Shown: piece by piece, positions 51,301 to 60,300 of the stretch
How the letters are laid out: each line of letters starts with the position of its first letter
Numbering within the stretch: position 1 is the stretch's first letter
From: Botryllus schlosseri
Lineage: Eukaryota
Assembly: GCA_051294905.1 (NCBI GenBank)
Contig: CM119372.1
Coordinates: forward strand, 9,364,001-9,428,000
Reading direction: 5' to 3'
Length of the DNA: 64,000 nucleotides
The notes under the pieces: model-generated
Databases searched by the model: none
What the model saw: only the letters and a program-made list of their open reading frames with translations
What the model was told of the DNA's origin: nothing
Made by a program: the position numbers and the translations under genes

Positions 51301-54300
51301 CAATACTCAGCTAGGAATATTGTAGTCAACCTCGGTTGGACTCGAACCCATAACCCATTGGTGTTGCAGCTGTGGATCATACCACTACGCAATCTCGCCA
51401 CTCAGATATTATGAATACAAGTTAGGCCAAAGTGTATACCAATGCAGAACAACGTTGTAGCAAAAGGATCGGGACATGATTAAGTCTGCCACATCCTGAA
51501 TGAAGTATTGTTGCATTATATGCGACAGTGCTCACATTAGACTAACATGAAAATTCATGATAGAAACTCAGAATAAGACAACACTAGTCAAATACCGTAA
51601 TAAAGAAGAAATTAGTAAGGGAACTAGAAAACCTTTAACAGCACCCAGTAACAGGTCAAAAGGCACGTGATATAAAGGCAAGACAAAGGATTAAGTTGAA
51701 TTCAATCAATTTCAGTCAGATTTTTTCGGTCGCGCTTTAGTGAGCTCGGTGTGTGCCTAAAAAAACGTTCAAATATCTGCCCGCCTCTTTCATGTACTGC
51801 GCCAGGATGTCGTTGAACTTCTGCATCATTTGAGCGTTGATCGATTCTCGCGAGCGGATGTGCTTGAACTTCAAGAGCATGTCGAAAGCGCCTTCGGCGG
51901 ACCGTAGCGTTTTGAAAGACTCGTCGATGAAGCGTTTCGCTTCGCCTGAAAAATCGGCGCGCTTGTAGACTCGTAGTAATGGGAAACGGCGAACAATAAA
52001 TCTAAATTTTTTAATATTTAAACGAATATTTAATTTCAGACAGTTGAGGTAAGTCGCGATCGGCAAATCGAGAAAAATCTTTGTCACAGTGGAACACGGA
52101 TAAGATCTTCGCATCGCAAAACTATTTTCCTAAGCAATCGTTACCTGTTTTGTACCCCAACCATATCGAGCCGGATATGCGACAACTGATATCACATCGT
52201 ACAGCACACTCTTACGGCTGGGTTTTTAGACTACTTCTACTTCTAACAGTTTTACTCACTTTTTACAATTCGGATTTTAAAAGCAGAAAGTAGGCTACTT
52301 GTGGGATAGGTTTGCATACTTTTCATCAGTGAAACTGTCATAAGAACAGCGTTGAAACAGCCACAGCATCATGGCAACTGAATATATTTTAGAAGATCCC
52401 GAGTAGTATCATCAGTCATGTTGCGTTGGTCCCAAAGATATATGTCGAAATTTCGAAAGTAGCCACCTCCGTTCGTGTAACTACTATACAACCCCTCGAC
52501 CAAATCTACGTTTTTAAACTACGTATTCCTTCCATTCCGGCCATTCATTATCTACTTCCACTTGAAATAGTTTTCAAATGTCTCAGAAATAGCAATTTCT
52601 TGTTGTACGGTACATTGACCAACTCTACATGTGACTTATCATATTTCCATGGATCGTAGTCAGGAGAAAATAGCCGCTACGTACCTTCAATAGCCTGGAC
52701 TTCCCGTTCGAACCATTGCATGACGGATTTCCACATGCTCAGCGATTTCAGATCGAACGGATCGACGGTGATGTTCTCGATGGGCTTCACTAAACCGTCA
52801 ACGCGCACCAGCACGTCTTCGATACGTTTCGGATCGCCAGTAACAGCTTTCAATTCGGGACCGAAAATGTTGTAGAACTCTTGCAAGACCTAAATTTGGA
52901 ATGATGATAAATTTTGAATCGAGCGATGCGGCAGAAGTAGGGAATGTCTGGTTGTTTCTGGACGGATGTCGGATATCATCATGCTGATACACCCAACAGG
53001 CCTGGAAATGCCCGCATATTCAATGATAGCCCCCCATGGTGCCTTTGCGCTTATCGACATACAACCTTTAATGGATTTTCAGTAGTATTCCTCTATTAAC
53101 ACCAAATTTTCACCACCTGACATGTAGCGTTGGGTAAAGTTTTGAGATATGAGCAAAGATTTGAGTCGAGTATTCGACTATCAATCATTAGGCTATCATA
53201 TCGTAGTGCTATGGGTGATTCAGAAAATGCAAATAAATATGTATCCTTATGTGACCATAAAATACGACGGCCATTTATACACCGCATTAAAGGTGATTTG
53301 GTATTTTTTCGGTCAATTTCATAGATCTTTGAAACAAAATACTGGTTAACCACTGCTTCAGAAAAGGGTGGTTTGTGCTAAATGTTTTGTATGCTGTAAT
53401 ACAGCTGATAATGGTTTAAAATAGGGGTAACTAACTCAAAATTGGCCAATTTTCCAAGAGGGCCAGAGGGCCAATTCGCCAAATTGGTAGGCGCCGCCGG
53501 CTATGACATAGTTGTATCGAAAGGCAGCACGAGACTGCAAAGTCACTCAATACACCGTTTCCACATCCTGCTTTCATCCAGTATATATCCCGACGGTCTA
53601 CATGCGGGCCACAAGTTAGTGTTCCCTGCTCTAAAGGCTACCACGGTGATAAGAAAGTATTGTAATGGTAATTTCAGGACTTGACAATATTGTCTCTCAC
53701 TACCAGATTGGAAGTGAATAGTATATTCATATTGAAATGAACTCGAATATTTTCGGCTGACACTCACCAGGGGCAATCGTCAGCGACTAGTAGATAATTG
53801 GAAAGAATATTGTATATCAGCAATCTTATCACAAAATATGCCGTCACCGGCATGAAAAATCCTACTTTGCGATTCTTGCGTTAGAACACTAGGGCAAATT
53901 TTAGCTGTCACTTCTAAGTATCTGGCATAACCGATCAGCTTCGTAGCAGCTGGAAAACCAGGATCTTGGAATCCAAATTCCAACCAGCTTCAATCAAAAA
54001 TCTACAAACCTGAGCCACGTCGGTCAAGTCCTGGCAGATTTGAGCCATATAGTCGGTGCGGTCGAACAACCTCTTCCTGTCGAATTCCCATCTCGCATCT
54101 CTGCCGGAGGCTTCGATTTTCGCGCGCACCTCAAAATAAGTGCTCTTCCACAGTAGAAGCATGTGCTTGGCCTCTTGCGTCAATGCCTTGATCTGAACGA
54201 AAACAAAGATTAAGATTGGCTGGTGGTAGCATAACCACAACACGTGGGCATTGTTAATACTTGATAACAATCCGACAAAGTACAGAGTCAGAAGCCTAAT

Positions 54301-57300
54301 GTTGGATGTAAAAGGGGCATACGGCACAACTACAAACCCGGAAGGGAGTGTTCGAAATCGACAGCTATGCCGATAAGTAATTTTGACAATCACTCATTTG
54401 CCATTTGCAGCACAAAAACTCATAATTACATCAAACAAGAACCCTTCGTAGGGTAATATTTATTAACTAAAACCTTTTCAACTGACTCTCATCAATTGTA
54501 AAGGTCAGTGATATGTCAATTCAAATTTGTATTGTAGCAAAGAATTTGACTCATGGTTCTTTATTTACTATTGCTACATCGCAAAGATTAAATTCTTACT
54601 ATGCTACATCGCAATTCAAGAAGCTTTTTGTCAACATCTTGTACAATATCAAGTTATTGTCATGATATCCTTTTATCGGTTCACATATATTTCCTACTAA
54701 GGAGTATTGAAGCCTGCTGTAAGTAGCATTACATGATCAGGTGTTTCGTGGAAAATTGTTCGGACGTTGATGACTCTGGTAACGCGCTCCGCCAATTCCC
54801 AAGCAATTCTCTCCATAAGAGGCACCATCCTTTCGTCCTTATTGTAATGCCTGCAATGACAAAATGCGACATCTCTCAATTTCAATTTAGTCTCTTCAAA
54901 TAAGATGTGCGTGTGATGATGTTAATTACCTGTACGGCACAGGTTAATTTCATGATCAGACTTGGATAGTAGTACCATATACGACTAAACAAATAATTGT
55001 CGCAAAACTATAATTGCACATTCAATCCGAAGGGGCTGTAGTACAAAACGATACCGATAAGTACTTCAGAATCAGGACAGCATAGGTTCAGAGACCCAAC
55101 CCAAAGCGAGATAATCCAATCTCCTGAAATTAGATACGTAGATTATATTCTGCGTTCGTATTAAGTTTCCGCGATGCTTTCCGTCACACTATCCTGCTCC
55201 CTCTACAATGGTCACTAACACATCCCCAGCTCCATTAAAGAGACAATGCCCGGTCTTACCGCGAAATAATCCACACCATCCTCAAAGCATTCATCATCGA
55301 CGGTATCGTTTCGACGACAACATTGAAATTCGATCCGTGAGCCAGATTCTGAATTCAGACAGTAACGAACTTTGAAACATGATAAGCCGAGTCTTGTAGA
55401 AGATTTTGTAACAAAATAAAGCAAAACCTGTGGAATGTAAAGCTACTCGGCACCTAATACGGTGATGATACGATCAGTCAACGTCATAACTTAAATAAGT
55501 ACAGCATACAGCGCATGTAAGGAATGGCATCTGTGACATGAAAAATTGTTCTATGGTTGCTTTGTGTCATTTATGATTGAATCATACTGTTGCCCAACAT
55601 ATAAATAGATTTATAACACATTACTATTTCTATGTAGCCGAACAATAATAAAACACTCAGATATGATAAATAATAACTTATCTGTAATCAATTTTCCCAA
55701 TTTGCGGATTTGTTATGTTGACACGTTTTGTTAGCATGCGTACCTGCGAACTTGGATGTGAGCGGGTGGATTAGATACCAAGCAATTTTGAGTCATCGTT
55801 ATGGAAATCGCTCGTACTAATGAACACGAGCCACTGATTGTAACTCCTTTAGTAAAGAATTTAATCAATCTCTCTAAATAACGCATGTCAAACTCAATCT
55901 GGCTGGATTCAAACCCTTGATCTCTTGGCTTGGCCGGACCAGTTTTCCTTTCAGTGAGACTCTTAATTATTATGCATGTACATTGTACATACTATGTGAT
56001 ATTACAGATGGCTGGGGCTCAATTCTAACGGCACCGTTATTCGCATACAATATACAATGATCGGCCGATTAAAGACAGTCATAATCCACCAAAACAGGAA
56101 CCAATAACTACGACAATATTAGTTACCATATTTCTATTACGTCTTCGTTTCGTTCCTATTAGCGCTGCATACGCGGAATAGAAGAGATTAGATTAAAATG
56201 GCGGTGACTAGTGTGAAGACGCGACATTGCCGCCAGACGATTATAATGAGGCGTTTTCGACATTTGCGGAGCGATTATTACCTCAAAAGAGTATTTCTTA
56301 TTAAAGATTTTAACTTTAAAAGAAATGTGTTGGATGATACTAGCACGTAGCACTTTTTGATTTATCAAGTATTACGTTTGTTTGTGTCGATTATTATCGA
56401 TTATCACGTCGGATGCTTACCTTGAAATGTCGCTCGAGAGTGGTGAGAAACCTGACGTTGTCTTTCGCTTCTGTGTAATACTTGGTTAGCTCGTCGCGTG
56501 CCATTTTGAAATTGGCCAATGCGGTCGCGTCGGTCTTTTCCCCGAGAATGTCGAGCATTTTGACGACTTGCGGAAGCTTCAATTGTTCGCTCAGCGCGCT
56601 CAGTGCGGCGTTTCTTTCCCTCCAAAAGTCGATTTCGGCCAACGGCCCGTTGCCCTGGAGCGTTACGAGATAAGATAACGGCGTTCGAAATGTAATAGCA
56701 AACTACGTAGGTAGGTAGGAGTAGCAATCAGAAAGTTTGAAATTCCACTGTCAAGTTGAAGTAGCCTTAGAAGTTTGATATGGCACATCACGAAATTTGT
56801 TTTTCTGGTATGCAATAGCTTTCGAGCAAGATATTTCACCAAGGATATTGGAGAGTGACTGATAGTGTTACGAATAGAACTAAATTCAAACCTATATTCA
56901 ATGGTAATGATTCAAGGCCAATTTTATATATTTGTTATATATTTCAGGTGTTACAAATGATGCTAACCTATCCGAATACGATTTTCTAAATGAATAAAGT
57001 TAGAAAATGAAGAAAAATGAAGTTAAGGCTGTGGTCCACAAACGAAGCCTACTTCCAGAATGCCTAGCAAATCAGATTGTGGACATACCTGTGGCTTCTT
57101 TTTCAACTGCTGGTCGATCGCGGTAGCGATCTGTTGCTGCCAATTGCCGCTGACTTGCTTTATGCGGTCGACAAGTTCTTTATTCTTGGCTAGTTCAGCG
57201 ACTTCTCCTTCCAAAGGTAATTCCGGGACATCCAGACGTATCTCACCTGAATGGTGCCATACCCATTGTTAGTAAGAATGCGTGGCATTAACCTTCAAAA

Positions 57301-60300
57301 ATGCTTTATCCACCTGGAGCACGTTTGTGAATTGGTAAGAGATGTTTGGGATAAATGCTACTAGAAGATAGACGTGTGTACTGTGTATGCATGTGCACAG
57401 TGCACACCGTACAGGTGCAGGAAAACATATTACAAATGCACAATGATAGCTTGTTTCAATTTTATTTCCAATTTCATAGCATATTTATGTGGCTGCTCAG
57501 AGGATAGGGAAAATCGGACTGCAAGGTATGCTGTCAGTAAACATAAATTTCATTTCTGTGTTGCGCTGAACTTAAACGTCGAAGCCAAGCATCCAATCGG
57601 GCAGACTTGCAAGGATTTTGGATAAATGGGATGTTATCTAGAAAGTTACACTCCATTACGACTTCTTATTATGAGATCTTCACACCTTCAATCTGTTGCA
57701 TCGTTCTTTGCATACTCTTCACAAACTTCGAAAGAGTGATCAGAAATTCGTCCCTCATCACATTTTTGTTTTGGTCATCCAATCTCGACGGCGCGTCACT
57801 ACTGCAGAAAAATCAGAATTAGTCGCCACGATCGTGCACTGTTTTTTTGTGAAAACTTTGATTCCTTGGACGAAAGAGGGCATCGAGAAAAAGAGACATT
57901 AAGTTTTGGTAGTCTTGTTTGACTCAAACGTATCAGACTAAGCAAACTTCGAAATCTATTTTGCAGGCCGCACACCATTCAAAATAGCCAATTTTTGTCT
58001 GCAAGCCGTACATTGCACACTCATGACTGACCATCAACATTTGGAATTTCCTTCGGTTCATAGAACAATTCTGCAGAGAGCCTCAATAAAACTAGTATAT
58101 TTGTTTAAGGCTGTTAATGCAGTGGGATAAATGTGTGTGCACATTAGGGCTCTTCAAAAATGACTTTTTTTCTCAAATCGTACTGGCTACTTGATAAAAT
58201 TGGTAGGTTACCTAATTTAAGCCTACACAGAAAATTTGGTTCAATTCCAGCCAGTAACCGCTTTGCTACAGGAGAAGTAAGTTTCTATTTATTATATAAA
58301 AATAAATATTAAAAAATTTGAAAATTTTCTGTTCACCCCATGAAAGTGTTAGGCTGTCTATAGAAACGATGCTCACCAAATTTGGTTCAATTCTTACCAA
58401 TGGATACGGAGTTATTGCCGTCGAAAAATTTGGATTTGAATAAAATAGTATTTACGGTGAGCACAATTATAATAAATAAACAAAGAATCGGTCACCGTAA
58501 ATACTATTTTATTCAAATCCAAATTTTTCGACGGCAATAACTCCGCTTCCACTGGTTGGAATTGAACCAAATTAGGTGAGCATCGTTTCTATAGACAGCC
58601 TAACACTTTCATGGGGTGAACAGAAAATTTTCAAATTTTTTATTATTTATTTTTATATAATAAATAGAAACTTTCTTCTCCTGTAGCAAAGCGGTTACTG
58701 GCTGGAATTGAACCAAATTTTGTGTGTAGGCTTAAATTAGGTGACCTAACAATTTTATCAAGTAGCCAGTACGATTTGAGAAAAAAAGTCATTTTTGAAG
58801 AGCCCTAGTGCACATATATCGAAAATCTCATCACCGTCAGCTCATAAATACCTTCGGCTCGTGGATTCTGCAGCAGGTGTCAAGGCCATGGTACTCGAGT
58901 ATTCGCCAGGCTTATGTTGACCAAACGACAGTAGAGGCATGTAAACCTGTAAAACGGAACATCGTCAATCAAAGATATACCGTCACAGTACGTTCTGAAA
59001 GTCCGAATTCCATACTTGACTTATGAGCTGTTCCAACATTAGCAGAGCTTGTCCGTTAAGCAAGCCGGTTTCCACGTAATCCGACATCATTCTGTTGGCT
59101 TCCGCCAAATCGTTTGGAACGGCGATAATGGTGTTGGTGTTGCGGAGGAAATACATACACTCCTGGGGAGAGGATTACATTCAAATATTTGTAAAAGGTG
59201 CAGGAAGACATGACAAATTGACAAGGCGAAGCGTGGAATATTCAGGATGATGTTCATTAAACTCAGAGGAGGTCAGTGTTTGAGTCACTTTCGCAGGTAA
59301 AATTGCGATAAAAATTAGGCGAAATAGCACGGCTGCTTCATGCTGACTGACTATAACTATGAAGTTATATATCTATTGGCAGTTTCATTAGTAATTTTGC
59401 ATGACAACGATAAACTCCGACGTATATGGTATTACAAAAGCGAGATTTGTAAGTTACACAGAAAATCTTTTCGTTTATATCAACTGGATTTGGTTGACTG
59501 AATAATTGTCGATCTGATCTTATCAGATTATCCGACTCAGACTCCCAGTTTTCAAGCATAAAACCAAAACCGTTTTATGCATTTATTCCATTCGTGCATG
59601 TATCTCGACCACAGTGGAGTTCATTCTTTCTCCACAACTATGCACTCGTTTTTACACTTTTTATATCTTATTTCCCTTGTGAACAGCGCTCTAGTGTAGG
59701 AATAATATATTGTTGTATACGGCATTCTATAAAATATTACGTTAATATTATCATTACTTTCAAATGAAGCAAGGATCTATCTCTCTCAGTGACAGTGAAC
59801 AGTTTATCATTATAGTTTTGTGATGGCAGCAATGGCTAAGATTGCGGTGAAGTTGAAAATCACTCCACGATTGCGATTGCACGGTACGGCTCATGATAGA
59901 GAATCAGGATCGTCCACAAACCTGGTCGATGTGCTCCGGTGCAAGTTGATTCTCGCACAAGAACAGAACCTCCTTCTCCACCAGTTGCATCACCATTTTC
60001 TACAACGCACAAACAGAGTTGGAAACATAAATGGGCGAATTGACAATAAACAAACCGTGTACACGGGCTTCTCGACTGGTTCATCGTCATTTTCGTTCTC
60101 TGAAGCCGCTGCGGCATCCCCTGATTCACCGCCCTGTTCGCCTTCGTTATTATTGGCATCTGCCGCAGTTTCTGACTCTGTTGAACATAGTTGGCTGATT
60201 GAAATAGGCATCTGCTCTACTTCACTATCGTTAATTATGAAGGGATTTCTAGAAGTGTGTGGAACTGGAAACAAGACTTGCTTCTATCTAAATACATGTT

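Noticed and set aside
55095..55130. WIIS-like stretch resembling the end of exon 55260-55348 (duplicated or mutually exclusive exon)
   Set aside because: The similarity covers only about 14 nt with no upstream homology, so it is likely chance.
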